From the IMG/VR virus record IMGVR_UViG_3300002133_000084: a stretch of 64,000 nucleotides of DNA; one strand, 5' to 3'. Origin of the DNA: an uncultured virus (IMG/VR IMGVR_UViG_3300002133_000084) (taxonomy: Duplodnaviria; Heunggongvirae; Uroviricota; Caudoviricetes). Numbering within the stretch: position 1 is the stretch's first letter; every line of letters starts with the position of its first letter. The position numbers were made by a program, and so were the translations under genes. Below the pieces are notes generated by a model. It was not told where the DNA came from, searched no databases, and saw only the letters and a list, made by a program, of their open reading frames with translations. Positions 31,875-41,898 of the stretch are shown here, piece by piece.

Positions 31875-32840
31875 ATGATGAGCACGGCAATAATTGACAG
31901 AGTTCGCACCACCTTCAGTCAGGCCCTACTAGAAGGCGACGCGCGCAAGATTAACGATGTGGTATCATCGTCTGTGTCCAGTGGGATTCCACTTTTCAAG
32001 GTGTACACGGACGTATTTTCTCCGGCCCTTTCTTCCATTGAAAAAATGCCCAACAGCGATCCTGGTAGGCACATAGCAGAGGGGGCGCTGTATGATGAAA
32101 TTACTCGCCTTGCTTCTGATGTGGAGGAATACGCTGTCACGGGAACGGATCGAGCGCTGGTAACTGCGAGATCTGATTCCAACAGGATAAAGGCGCGCAT
32201 CTTTGCTGATCTTTTGCGCCTAGATGGGTGGAAGGTTGACACCTTGCCAGCCAAGGCCAACGGGGCATCCATCTCTTCTTATATAGAGAGAAAAGATGTA
32301 GATGTTCTGGTGTTTTTCTCCGACAATAAGGATGGCGCCGCAGAGTTTATGCGCGAAGTATCCCCCCTGCCCGACTCAGTGCATGTTATGTATGGGGGTT
32401 GCGGAGAGATAGCAGGGCTTGATATACACCCCATCAGATCTATCTCTGGCGCCATATCCTCTTTGCAGAAGAGATTCCATACGCGCGATGAGGCGTCCAC
32501 TAAAATGGTGGCTAGGGTGGGCGAGCAGATTCGCAAGCATCGCCAGCGCCGCGGACTAACGCAGCAAGAGCTCGCTGACATGATCGTATTTGATGAGTAC
32601 GTCAAGATACGTGAGGATGGGAAGATTAAATATGAAACGTTTGTGGAAAATGGCGTCGAGAAAAAGAGGCCGGTGTATCGGACAGATGAGAATGGCAATA
32701 AGATTCGCGCCACGCTGAGTCGCACCTATCTTATTAAGATAGAGCGCGGAGAGCAGGCTAATAATTTCTCTATCAGGCTCTTATTTCGCATTGCAGAAGC
32801 CCTGAGAGTTCCGGCATCAAGTCTAATAGACATAACGTAA
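31875..32840 (+). CDS. Transcriptional regulator: degenerate B12-binding-like domain fused to C-terminal XRE HTH
   Basis: ALLEGD...KVYTDVFSPAL (cap helices), ADLLRLDGWKVD..VDVLVF Rossmann-like region; VGEQIRKHRQRRGLTQQELA...SRTYLIKIERG..IAEALRV. Confidence 0.7.
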   Translation: MMSTAIIDRVRTTFSQALLEGDARKINDVVSSSVSSGIPLFKVYTDVFSPALSSIEKMPNSDPGRHIAEGALYDEITRLASDVEEYAVTGTDRALVTARSDSNRIKARIFADLLRLDGWKVDTLPAKANGASISSYIERKDVDVLVFFSDNKDGAAEFMREVSPLPDSVHVMYGGCGEIAGLDIHPIRSISGAISSLQKRFHTRDEASTKMVARVGEQIRKHRQRRGLTQQELADMIVFDEYVKIREDGKIKYETFVENGVEKKRPVYRTDENGNKIRATLSRTYLIKIERGEQANNFSIRLLFRIAEALRVPASSLIDIT

Positions 32841-32858
32841 ATATAACTTTTATCTATT

Positions 32859-32892
32859 AAAAAAAGGGGGGAGCGCATGTCTCCCCCCTTTC
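32859..32892. terminator. Bidirectional intrinsic terminator
   Basis: A7-GGGGGGAG-loop-CTCCCCCC-TTT between convergent genes. Confidence 0.75.
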
Positions 32893-32894
32893 TA

Positions 32895-33767
32895 TTATTG
32901 CTCCACTGGCCCCTGCTTTTCTTCGGCCAATCTTTCCTCTTCTTTTTTGATCCACCCGCCCAGTCGGATATTCTCCGGCGACATTTTACCTAGGAAATGA
33001 TCCAGGCATGCCGTCAGGTTTTGTGTCGATGGCGGCTTTTCTGGCTTCTTACCCTGCAGCATAAGCTCAATGCCGTCGGCCATCCCCCGATTTATTTCAG
33101 ATAGACGTGGAATCAGATCTCCTCTGATTTCCTTTATAAGATCAGCGGCATTTACCGTTTCTGGGGCCTCTTCCTCCTTTTTGGAGTTCCTGGCAGTTGG
33201 AGGAGGATTGTATGCTACAGCGTAGGAGGTTGTCAGCTCGGCTATGTGCTGCGTGAGGCGATCGATGCCGCGTTGAATGGCTACGGTATCGATGTAGCTC
33301 TGTGCGTCCCCTGGGCCATTGCCCGGATCGTACTCTTCCCCATCGAAGCCCAGCCCCTTTGCGTCGGCTAGCTCCATTACGCGTGTTTGTGCGCGCGTTG
33401 AAGCGATCTCCAACCCCTGATCTTCCCACTTTAGGTATCCGCCGGGCATCTTAGACGGAGAAGAGGTGCCTATGTCGGTGTACTCTACATAGCCTCCACC
33501 CGACTTGACGCGCAAGACGCCGATCATCACGGATAGCTTCTCTGGATTGCCCAGAGACTTTAGGGCAGATTCGTGCTCTTCGGGTGTGGGGAATCGCACG
33601 GATACACTCCAATTGCCCTTGCCGTACTTTCTATCGAGCATCCAGGTGTGCGCTGTCGTGTTGATGTATGCCGCGTTGCCCTGCAGTACATCGATGCCCG
33701 ACTCAGCTACGTCGTCGGGCAGGCCCAACTTTTGGGCCAATTCTCTTGCTGCTGCTTTCATTGCCAT
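32895..33767 (-). CDS. Possible Rad52/Sak-like single-strand annealing protein
   Basis: AYINTTAHTWMLDRKYGKGNWSV and EIASTRAQTRVM..KGLG resemble Rad52-fold motifs; tentative. Confidence 0.4.
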   Translation of the reverse strand: MAMKAAARELAQKLGLPDDVAESGIDVLQGNAAYINTTAHTWMLDRKYGKGNWSVSVRFPTPEEHESALKSLGNPEKLSVMIGVLRVKSGGGYVEYTDIGTSSPSKMPGGYLKWEDQGLEIASTRAQTRVMELADAKGLGFDGEEYDPGNGPGDAQSYIDTVAIQRGIDRLTQHIAELTTSYAVAYNPPPTARNSKKEEEAPETVNAADLIKEIRGDLIPRLSEINRGMADGIELMLQGKKPEKPPSTQNLTACLDHFLGKMSPENIRLGGWIKKEEERLAEEKQGPVEQ

Positions 33768-33794
33768 TTTATTCCTCTTGTGTTGATAGTGAAG

Positions 33795-33944
33795 TCTGGC
33801 CCACTCATTATATCGGAACGGCGTCCGGCGCTTTTGCCGGACAACCGTCCTGAGATAATGGTGGCGATGACACCGCGCCCGGTGGGTAGGTGTTATTAAC
33901 TATGGGCGTTCCCCGCGATTCGCGGGGTGGATAACTGGGCCAGA
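33795..33944 (-). ncRNA. Retron-like msr-msd cassette 1
   Basis: IR TCTGGCCCA; G.G at branch; msr hairpin CCCCGC-GAATC-GCGGGG; long msd hairpin 33801-33864. Confidence 0.8.
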
Positions 33945-33945
33945 T

Positions 33946-34098
33946 GGTATTTACTGAATTGATCCTGATTCCATCTTACGCCGCGATTGGCGGGGTAAGT
34001 CAGAATCAGGATTTAGTCCTGACTTAGTGGTGTGCTCGGCTGGGTTACAGCGTTGCACATCGCTCGTCTCTGCGTTGCGCAGGGGATAACTAAATACC
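33946..34098 (-). ncRNA. Retron-like msr-msd cassette 2
   Basis: IR GGTATTTA; G.G; msr hairpin CTGC-GCAAC-GCAG; msd hairpin ATCCTGATTC..GAATCAGGAT. Confidence 0.8.
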
Positions 34099-34100
34099 GG

Positions 34101-34490
34101 TTACATCTTCTTCAGGTGCCCCTTATTATCCCGGGCGGATAGGTTGGCTTCTATCTTGTCCGTCAACTCTGCCAATAGAGTGCGCGCCTCGTCGTCTGCC
34201 CCCAGTCCACCCATATTCATGGCCATGGAATATGATCTCCACACCAGGTTGTCCTGGGCTTTCTTTTTCATAAATACTGACACGTTTTGACTGGCGAATC
34301 CGCAGGTGCACACTAGAATTGGAGACAGCGATGACTTAGGGGCGACATAGACTTCAGATTTATTTTCCACCAACTGAGTGACGTCTATTAGATATAGCCT
34401 CCGAATAGGAGACGCTGGTTTGTCGACTTCTTCTTGCAGGGATCTACGTGAACACATCGGACACATCATCACGTCTTCCTGGGCACTCAT
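34101..34490 (-). CDS. Zn-finger protein translationally coupled to the RT
   Basis: ATGA overlap with RT stop; CPMC...CTCG. Confidence 0.7.
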   Translation of the reverse strand: MSAQEDVMMCPMCSRRSLQEEVDKPASPIRRLYLIDVTQLVENKSEVYVAPKSSLSPILVCTCGFASQNVSVFMKKKAQDNLVWRSYSMAMNMGGLGADDEARTLLAELTDKIEANLSARDNKGHLKKM

Positions 34491-35614
34491 GCCGCCTTGG
34501 CCCACGATGATTCGAATTGCTGACGCACCTCCTCTTTCTTGGCCTTATTATCTAGGCATTCGCGCACCAAAGACAGCTTGGCGTCGAACATCTCGCCGTG
34601 GGGACGGTAGGCAGATCGTATGTGCTCAACGCGCCCGCGGATTACGGACAGCTTCAACTTGGGCTGGCGGCCCAGTAATACGTCGAGCAAGTAGTTGTGT
34701 AGCATATTGCGGGTAATTCGGCGAAAGGGACGTGGCACGCGCGGGCTGTTGAGGCCTTTGTTTACCACGAGCCCATTTACCGTTTGGCGCCGGCCGGGCC
34801 GCATTATTTTGGTTTTCTTCTCGTTGATGGGCAGATTGTGCTTGTCCTGCACGATATCCTTAAACCAAGGGATAATGCGGTTTAGCTTCTTGCCGATCAT
34901 GAAACAGTTGGTACACATCTTCCTATTGGTTTTGGGGCGCACCTCTCCCATGAGCATGCGGTGGGCATTGTGCCGGCACCCCAGGCAGGCATCGGAGGCA
35001 GAGAACACCAAGTCGTCTGCATAGCGCGTGAACTTGGCCCATACGTGCCCCGCTGCAGAGTTGAGGTGATTATCCATGGTGCGAACGGCTATATTAGACA
35101 GCGGCGGGCTGGCCGGAGAGCCCTGTGGAAGCCGGTTATCTATGAGGCAGATGGTGAGGATATCTTCCATGCGCTCGCGCATTCTTGCGCCACACCATTT
35201 ATTAATGGACTCCACTAGCATCTCCCTATTGATATTCGGGAAGAAGTCCCGGACATCCATAGCTAACACCACTTCAGCCCCCAGGTGTACCTCGGCCGCC
35301 GTCTTAGCGGAGCGCCCCTTGCGGAAGCCATGGGCATGCTTCGAAGTATCGGACTGTCGGTAGATCACCTCGTCGACAATGCGTCGCTGAGCAGTCTTGA
35401 GCTTTTCCACCGGCGCTTCGATAATACGTTTCTTAATTTTCCCAGAGCGCTTTTTCTGGATCTGCGGGTGGATATTATACCACTTCTTCTTCTGATCCTT
35501 GTCCGCCTCACCTTCGGATATGATCTTCAATTCGGCCATATCTTCTTCGGATAAGCCCCAATACTTATTGGACTCTGCGTTAGCCTTTTTTAATTTCTTC
35601 TTTTTCCTACTCAT
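34487..35614 (-). CDS. Retron-type reverse transcriptase
   Basis: KRSGKIKKRIIEAP..LKTAQR, AHGFRKGRS, AAEVH (region X-like), MDVRDFFPNI, LPQGSPASPPLSN, TRYADDLVFS, NEKKT, QTVNGLVVN (VTG-like region Y); no maturase/HNH or Cas1 domain. Confidence 0.92.
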   Translation of the reverse strand: MSRKKKKLKKANAESNKYWGLSEEDMAELKIISEGEADKDQKKKWYNIHPQIQKKRSGKIKKRIIEAPVEKLKTAQRRIVDEVIYRQSDTSKHAHGFRKGRSAKTAAEVHLGAEVVLAMDVRDFFPNINREMLVESINKWCGARMRERMEDILTICLIDNRLPQGSPASPPLSNIAVRTMDNHLNSAAGHVWAKFTRYADDLVFSASDACLGCRHNAHRMLMGEVRPKTNRKMCTNCFMIGKKLNRIIPWFKDIVQDKHNLPINEKKTKIMRPGRRQTVNGLVVNKGLNSPRVPRPFRRITRNMLHNYLLDVLLGRQPKLKLSVIRGRVEHIRSAYRPHGEMFDAKLSLVRECLDNKAKKEEVRQQFESSWAKAA

Positions 35615-35624
35615 CTCTGTTCTC

Positions 35625-36713
35625 CTAGCTGTGAATGTCTACTGCAGCGACAAATAGATTTTTATTTTGATCCAGTTCTTTTAGCCACCGATCTATGTAT
35701 TCTTCATTTTCGTCGGATTGCATATTTTTTGAATCCCACACATTGCTATCCACCCACTCTCCGTCCAATGTTATAAAGGAAGCAGGAGGATCATTTTTAG
35801 CCCTTTCTATGATATCTGACACGCGATGTATGTTGCCATCCGAATTCCAGTCCGTGGGCCATTTAACCGATTTACCAGTCCCACGGCAGCCATTGCAGCC
35901 GTTACAATTTTTACTTGCCTCAGTTAAGAAGTACCGGCTCACTTCCACGCCATCAACTTCCACATCTTTATCGTATGCAGCCCCCTCGGGTGCATCCTCC
36001 CCCTTTTTGAGGTATAGTACCATATTGGGGCGCTCCCCAGTTCCACTACATATAGAACACTGCTCTATGTTGTTGGGATCTTTTTCTGGATCGTAATCCG
36101 TCCATTGGCCAGCCCATCGGCCACCTACCTGAAACCAATCCCACTTGCCCTGTGGGCTATAGTTGGCCATGACGGAGCCCGTCCCATCGCAATGCTCACA
36201 CTCTGGATAGGCCTCATCTACCTTTGGGTGATTGTCCATCATGGCGCGCGCGGATTCCATTATGTCCATATGGAACTCCCTGTAGTTTACCTGAATGCGC
36301 TGTATTTCAAGTAATTCTGCGTGAGCCCTACGTCCCTCCTCTTCCCCTAGGGCTTCAAGGCTATACTTCATCTCTGCCAGGGTTACATCTTTAATGTTTC
36401 TGGGGAATCGGAGGTTCTCCGCATCTTGAACCTCTTGAGCTGATCGATCGACGCGCATCTTTTCCCACTGCGGGTTCTCTTCGAGTAGGATGGAATACGC
36501 CTCCAGCTCCATTCTCTGCTTGGCTTCATCTAGAGAGCTGGCGCCACTCATTGAGACGGCCTTTTCTATACACTCATCTAAGGCTATCTTGCCGATGCAA
36601 TAACACTCATCTTCCCATTCGTCTACGGATAGATTCTCATTAAATGGCTCCATGGCAGAATCCACTGAATCCTCAGAATCCTCCTCTATAAATACAGCTA
36701 CTAGACTGTGCAT
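35625..36713 (-). CDS. Phage hypothetical protein with CxxCxGxG zinc-finger repeats
   Basis: CEHCDGTG, CSICSGTG, CNGCRGTG; KWDWFQVGGRW motif. Confidence 0.75.
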   Translation of the reverse strand: MHSLVAVFIEEDSEDSVDSAMEPFNENLSVDEWEDECYCIGKIALDECIEKAVSMSGASSLDEAKQRMELEAYSILLEENPQWEKMRVDRSAQEVQDAENLRFPRNIKDVTLAEMKYSLEALGEEEGRRAHAELLEIQRIQVNYREFHMDIMESARAMMDNHPKVDEAYPECEHCDGTGSVMANYSPQGKWDWFQVGGRWAGQWTDYDPEKDPNNIEQCSICSGTGERPNMVLYLKKGEDAPEGAAYDKDVEVDGVEVSRYFLTEASKNCNGCNGCRGTGKSVKWPTDWNSDGNIHRVSDIIERAKNDPPASFITLDGEWVDSNVWDSKNMQSDENEEYIDRWLKELDQNKNLFVAAVDIHS

Positions 36714-37331
36714 TACCCCTCTCCGTCCTTTGCTATCGATTGCGCCATACCGATAAAGATGTTGATATCGGCCTCTGATGGGCGCAGCCCCTGCCGGTTG
36801 CTTTCTATAAATAGGGTGGTAGCACTGGCGTGGAGTTCCGCTGGACTGGGATCAGCCACGCCATGCCAACACGACTTGGCTATAAGGAGGCACCTTCTGT
36901 AGGCCACCCCCAATTCTACATAGGAATACTGTCCTTTATTACTCATTGCAATCCTTTATTGATATGGATAGATCCTTCTTTATTGACATGCGCTCAACGT
37001 TGTGAAACAGTATGTTTAAGTGCTCCCGCATCGACTCATTGATTAGGCCCACAAAGCGCCCCTCTATGACGCTCTTTGCCTCTTCATTTTTTCTGGAAAA
37101 GAGCGGCACTATTAAAAAGTCGAAGGGTGTTATGCCATCCGGATAAATTTCTATCTCATCTAAATCGCCGAAGTCATTAAACTGATTGGCGCACAGTGAA
37201 ATAATTTCCGGAATAGTTTTTTCGACATCTCTTCGTCTATATACTCGTCGATAAGAATCTTTCTGTTTACCGACTCGAGATATGTTTCGCTATAAAATTC
37301 TCCGCTAAGCATCACTATTTCCCATAGTAGC

Positions 37332-37748
37332 CTACCTCTCCCGGTTGGTGAACACCTTATCTTCCCTATTTATTTCTATAGATGATGGGCAGCCAAAAAG
37401 ATCTACAAGGTGATTTGAATACACCTCATTACATAGAAATGAATCGAGATCAATGTTAGATCTGTCGGTAAACTCGCACCCGAGCCTGTCGAAGAAATAT
37501 GAGCCGACGTCTGTATCCCCATCATTATCGAGCTCTATTTCTATTTCTATTTTATAGAGATCCTCATTGTTTAAGAAATTTAGTAGGCATAGGTTAAATA
37601 GATGTGTGCGCAGCTTGTCTTTGGCCATGTCATCTATCTCGTCGATTAACTCTAGATAGCGAAACTTAACCCTCTTTATTAAGAGGGTTAAGTCTCCGTA
37701 GCCCATGCTGGATATATTCAACTCCTCCAGGTTAATCGTGATCATAGT
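37332..37748 (-). CDS. Hypothetical protein
   Basis: Low-GC ORF; start near MITINLEE after GGAGG. Confidence 0.5.
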   Translation of the reverse strand, partial: TMITINLEELNISSMGYGDLTLLIKRVKFRYLELIDEIDDMAKDKLRTHLFNLCLLNFLNNEDLYKIEIEIELDNDGDTDVGSYFFDRLGCEFTDRSNIDLDSFLCNEVYSNHLVDLFGCPSSIEINREDKVFTNRER

Positions 37749-38421
37749 CCTCCACATCAAATACATCTTCCGTTCGATCTCTCCTGGCAATTACCCTCAC
37801 ATGATCGCCGTATGCCTGCAGGAGGTGATCTTCGTCGATGGTTTCCAGTACTTGCGATATCTTTTCGCGCACGTCGAGGAATTTTTTGCCATCATCATCA
37901 TCATCATAAGCAGACTCTTCATTAATTTCTATAGAGTCTTCGTCTGAGTTCACGCCAAATGTGCAGGCATCGCCGTCGTTGAAATATGGCGTGTATTGCA
38001 CCCACGCAAATGAGTCCACTTGTAGGTTTTCCGAAAACACCTGGTTGGCCAATTCGCTTAAGACTCCCTTGATTTTTTCGGATGCCATTGTTCCCACGCG
38101 ATTATAGACTTCTTGTAGTTCTCTGTAGCTCATATCTGACGGGTTGGGAAGATTGAATCTTCTCATCGATATCGTGGATAGCGCGCGCAGTCCCTCCAAT
38201 GTGATGGGGGCCGGCCGCCCACTGCCACCTGCACTTTCGTCGTATAGCCACACTATGCCCAGGATGCCCTCTTCGCCGATCTCGTGTTCGTTTACCCAGG
38301 GTTGGGGTAGGGAGCAATCGTATGTTAGTCCACCGTAAACCTGCTCGGCAATCTGTCCTTTGGTGATGCGGCGATCTTCGTAGTTGGCGATTGACTCGAG
38401 CGTTATTTTTTTAATCTGCAT
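37732..38421 (-). CDS. Hypothetical phage protein
   Basis: WVQYTPYFNDGDACTF motif. Confidence 0.65.
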   Translation of the reverse strand: MQIKKITLESIANYEDRRITKGQIAEQVYGGLTYDCSLPQPWVNEHEIGEEGILGIVWLYDESAGGSGRPAPITLEGLRALSTISMRRFNLPNPSDMSYRELQEVYNRVGTMASEKIKGVLSELANQVFSENLQVDSFAWVQYTPYFNDGDACTFGVNSDEDSIEINEESAYDDDDDGKKFLDVREKISQVLETIDEDHLLQAYGDHVRVIARRDRTEDVFDVEDYDHD

Positions 38422-38824
38422 TCTCTATTCTCCTTTGTGCGAGTTGATCCTTCGTCTTTTTGTCTAATAATTTAAAGGATTGTGGGGGCTGTCCCTTTCC
38501 CGATAACATCCACTCTTGGTATGGGATCTCTTGCAGAAAATCCTGAGCCGAGGGGATAAATCTTTTACTGTAATCCTCTAATACGTGCTGCTCGCCTATG
38601 TCTCGTACAGATACAACCTTTCCATCTGAGTTGGTGAAGGCGGTGCCGAAGATCTTTTCCAAGATGAATCCGACGAACCACGCATTGTGGGTTAGGGCTC
38701 GATGGCGGCTATCGGCTATGGTTGCCTTTGAGCTGTCAAGCAGGTTGTGTATCTCTAAATAGTCTTCGGGCTTGCCGCCGAATTTTCTAGCCGAGGATAC
38801 GGCGTGGATATATGGCTTAGCCAT
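38411..38824 (-). CDS. DUF6915-like protein
   Basis: PYIHAVSSARKFGGKPEDY..IH..DSSK..RHRALTH..GEQHVLED. Confidence 0.7.
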   Translation of the reverse strand: MAKPYIHAVSSARKFGGKPEDYLEIHNLLDSSKATIADSRHRALTHNAWFVGFILEKIFGTAFTNSDGKVVSVRDIGEQHVLEDYSKRFIPSAQDFLQEIPYQEWMLSGKGQPPQSFKLLDKKTKDQLAQRRIENAD

Positions 38825-39806
38825 CGTCCCCCCTTATTTCTCTTGCCTCTTGTATGACGTGCTCTAACTTTTCCTGCAATTCGATCCACTCATCCCCATC
38901 GCCGCACTCCATATCTGCCACCTCATTGACGAAGTTTCTATAGGTGGACAATTTCATATCGTGGACGTATAGGGTGATTATATCAGCTGCGTATCTTTCC
39001 ATCGGTATGCCGGCCTCTTTGGCCTGCTTCTTGAGCAGCTTCATTGTTTTCTTGTCCAGATCAATTTCGATTTCTGCGTATTTCACTTCTACCTCCTATT
39101 TTTTTGTCCTATCCATTCTTCGTACCCAAGCAAGGTATATCCATGGTATGCGGCTTCTCGCCATAAATCCAAGGCATTAAACGAGGCGGGGACTCCATTT
39201 ATGTTGTGTATCATTATCGAGTGTTCATGAGCGTCTACTGCATTGAAACGTGAAGCGATGCTTATATGATCGCTGCCAATGGCATGTGGATCCTCCTTGT
39301 GTATTATTCTCTTTCCAGTTATGCAGGAAAACTTAGAAAAGTAGATTATATACGTGTCGTTTGGATCCTTCTCCACCTCCTTGAAACTGCAATACACTCT
39401 ATCCGACATGCGCGCGCGCCTCCCGCAGCTCCCCCGAATATCTTTCAGCCCAGTGCCGATGCATGCATTCGGCCGACGATTCGTTGGACAGCTCTACGAT
39501 GGACTCGATGACGGCATCTGCTTCTACTAGGGCCAACATTAATTTGCCTACCTTTTTTCTTAACTCACTGAAGGCGCACTCGCTGCATAGTCCAATGCCG
39601 TCTGTCATTGGCAGGACTGATTCGCACTCCCTACATCTAAGTGGGGGCATATCAAACTCCTTTATTTGTTCGACTCGGTTCACATTGGGCCATAAGTTGT
39701 ACCCCATGAGCATTCCAAAGTCAAATCATGTAATAGTTTCCATAGGTATTATATAGATGCCTCTAAAGCATTGAACTAGCTAGAGTTATTGGCGGGAAAA
39801 AACTTC

Positions 39807-39835
39807 TTGACACATTATATAGATTTGACTATAAT
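39807..39835 (+). promoter_or_regulatory. Consensus sigma-70 promoter for the rightward replication/partition operon
   Basis: TTGACA-17 nt-TATAAT. Confidence 0.85.
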
Positions 39836-39882
39836 TGTAACCAGACACGGAACTATATAATTCCGGAAGGAGAAATACAGAG

Positions 39883-40080
39883 ATGAATTCAGTGAAAGAA
39901 GTTGGGGTGTTACCTGAATCGAACAGGCTCGTACTGCGCAGTCATACCTTGCGCGTAGAGCAGGATGCGGAGCTTCGGAGAATGGCCAAGCGGAAGAAGA
40001 CGACGAAGGCTAAGTTGATTCGCGCGGCCGTAGATCACTACCTGGAATCGACGAAGCAATTAGAAATGTCACTACAATAA
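39883..40080 (+). CDS. Ribbon-helix-helix (CopG-like) regulator
   Basis: HTLRVEQDAELRRMAKRKKTTKAKLIRAAVDHYL; AAGGAG RBS. Confidence 0.75.
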   Translation: MNSVKEVGVLPESNRLVLRSHTLRVEQDAELRRMAKRKKTTKAKLIRAAVDHYLESTKQLEMSLQ

Positions 40081-40188
40081 AAAACGGGCAACCTGTTAGT
40101 AGCAGGCTGCCCGCAAATACGATCTGCCTATTCGGCAGTAAATTTCCCCCATCACAGAGAAATTATTTACCCATGAAGGATAACCGCC

Positions 40189-41076
40189 ATGAATAAAGAA
40201 GAATCTGCTTTTAATTTAGAACATACCGATCTAGCTGTCAAGGAAAATTGCGTACTCCTATCTCAGGCCGTCTATGAGGCCGGCGGATCTCGCCATGCTA
40301 TGCATATAGCGAACGTGGCCCAGCTTCAGGAGCGCTCCCCCCTCTCGTTCTTCAAATCGGAAATCGTCCAATTAACCGGTGTCTCCGAGCGCACCGCCCA
40401 CACCATTATCCGCTTCTTTTCTACCCTATTTTCCCCTGCAAAAAATTGCGCGTTGCAAAAATTTGCACATGGAGATGGGGGATCTCTTAAAAAAGAGTTA
40501 TTAAACAACAACCCATCCCCTACCCATGGACAGGGCGGATGCCTGAAAACGGCATTCAAAGAGCTTAAGAAGTTGGGTTGGGGGAAAAGAGCTGACGGCT
40601 ATCAGTGCTATACGGATTCCCAGATAGCCGAATGGGTACGCTCGGAGGGCCCAAATAACGTCCTATATGCCATTTGGCTCTCTGCTGGCCCCAACGTAAA
40701 GAATCGCTGCGCTGTCGTGAGGACGAGGCTGCGTGGTGGAGTAGATGTACCGGAGGGTTGGGAGTTTCCCACAGAAGAGCCAGTAGAAGTTATTGCCGAG
40801 CCCGTCGAAGTGGATGCGCCAGCGCAAACGGACGTAGAACTCGAAGAATTGCCCGTTATCCTGATGGGCAAGATGGCACAAAGCACCTACGATCTTTTCT
40901 TTTCTGACTTGATTTACTGTAAATCTGCCAGCGGCATTGACGTATGGGCTCCCTCTGAATTTCTTGCGCTATGGCTGCGGGACAATAAATCTGATCTTAT
41001 TTCTGAGGCCATATCCGATATGGCGATCGATGGAAATATTGCCTATCGGGTTGTGCCAGAGGAAATAACAGTGTAA
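40189..41076 (+). CDS. Putative replication initiator with C-terminal DnaA N-terminal-like domain
   Basis: N-terminal HTH-like (EIVQLTGVSERTA); C-terminal KMAQSTYDLFF..WAPSEFLALWLRDN. Confidence 0.55.
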   Translation: MNKEESAFNLEHTDLAVKENCVLLSQAVYEAGGSRHAMHIANVAQLQERSPLSFFKSEIVQLTGVSERTAHTIIRFFSTLFSPAKNCALQKFAHGDGGSLKKELLNNNPSPTHGQGGCLKTAFKELKKLGWGKRADGYQCYTDSQIAEWVRSEGPNNVLYAIWLSAGPNVKNRCAVVRTRLRGGVDVPEGWEFPTEEPVEVIAEPVEVDAPAQTDVELEELPVILMGKMAQSTYDLFFSDLIYCKSASGIDVWAPSEFLALWLRDNKSDLISEAISDMAIDGNIAYRVVPEEITV

Positions 41077-41130
41077 ATTCCTCATACCCCAATTGGAGTA
41101 CGACAGCTCCCCCGATCCCAGGAGCCGACA

Positions 41131-41898
41131 ATGATTACGATCGCCATAGCAAACCACAAGGGTGGTGTGGGAAAATCTACCACCTCTGTCAATTTAGCGG
41201 CCGCGCTAGCAAAAATGAAAAAGCGCGTATTGCTAATTGACATGGATCCTCAGGGACACGCCACCAGGAATGTAGGCGTCAACGTGGAGGACAATCAAAA
41301 TATCATCGGTGATGTCTTGATGATGGACGCACTGATGGCAGATACCATCGTTCCATCCCCCATCGAGCGCATCTGGGTGGCTCCATCCCACTTCGGCATG
41401 TCGGGACTCTCTGCATCTCTTCAGCCTCAGCCCATGAGCGAGAGGAGACTGAAGGTTGCCCTTGAGTCCTTATCCTACCACTTCGCCATTATAGACTGTG
41501 CACCCAATCAGGATCACCTCACTTACAATGCGCTGACGGCCGCCGATGTAGTTATTGTTCCATCGGAGCCCACGGAGACATCCATAGAGGGGTTGGTGCA
41601 CATCAATCAGTTGGTGACTCTCATGGCCAGCATGGGTAGCCCATCTAATATTATTGGCGTCTTGTGGACTAGGGTGCGCGCGCGAAGAGCTATAAACAGG
41701 GATCTCATGCAGTGGCTCTCTGATAGTAAGCTGGAGCAGCGCCCATTCAATACATTCATCAGGGAATCTAATGATATAGTGAACTCGGAGGCAGCGCGCA
41801 TTCCAATTGTTGCCTGGCGCCCACGCTCCATAGGGCACAACGACTACATGTCTTTTGCTAAGGAGGCCGTGGCTCGATGCGAAAAAATAAACATCTAG
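41131..41898 (+). CDS. parA: ParA/Soj-family partition ATPase
   Basis: ANHKGGVGKSTT, VLLIDMDPQG, IIDCAP, NALTAAD. Confidence 0.93.
   Translation: MITIAIANHKGGVGKSTTSVNLAAALAKMKKRVLLIDMDPQGHATRNVGVNVEDNQNIIGDVLMMDALMADTIVPSPIERIWVAPSHFGMSGLSASLQPQPMSERRLKVALESLSYHFAIIDCAPNQDHLTYNALTAADVVIVPSEPTETSIEGLVHINQLVTLMASMGSPSNIIGVLWTRVRARRAINRDLMQWLSDSKLEQRPFNTFIRESNDIVNSEAARIPIVAWRPRSIGHNDYMSFAKEAVARCEKINI

Noticed and set aside
33905..34098. Type I-E CRISPR-like repeat (GTTCCCCGCG..GCGGGG..GATAAC)
   Set aside because: No identical repeats or regular spacers and no cas genes; better explained as the msr hairpins of cassettes 1 and 2
34487..35614. Group II intron or DGR reverse transcriptase
   Set aside because: No maturase/HNH domain or intron domain V seen; no TR/VR pair or Avd gene seen; motifs (QGSPASP, VNG) fit retron-type RTs
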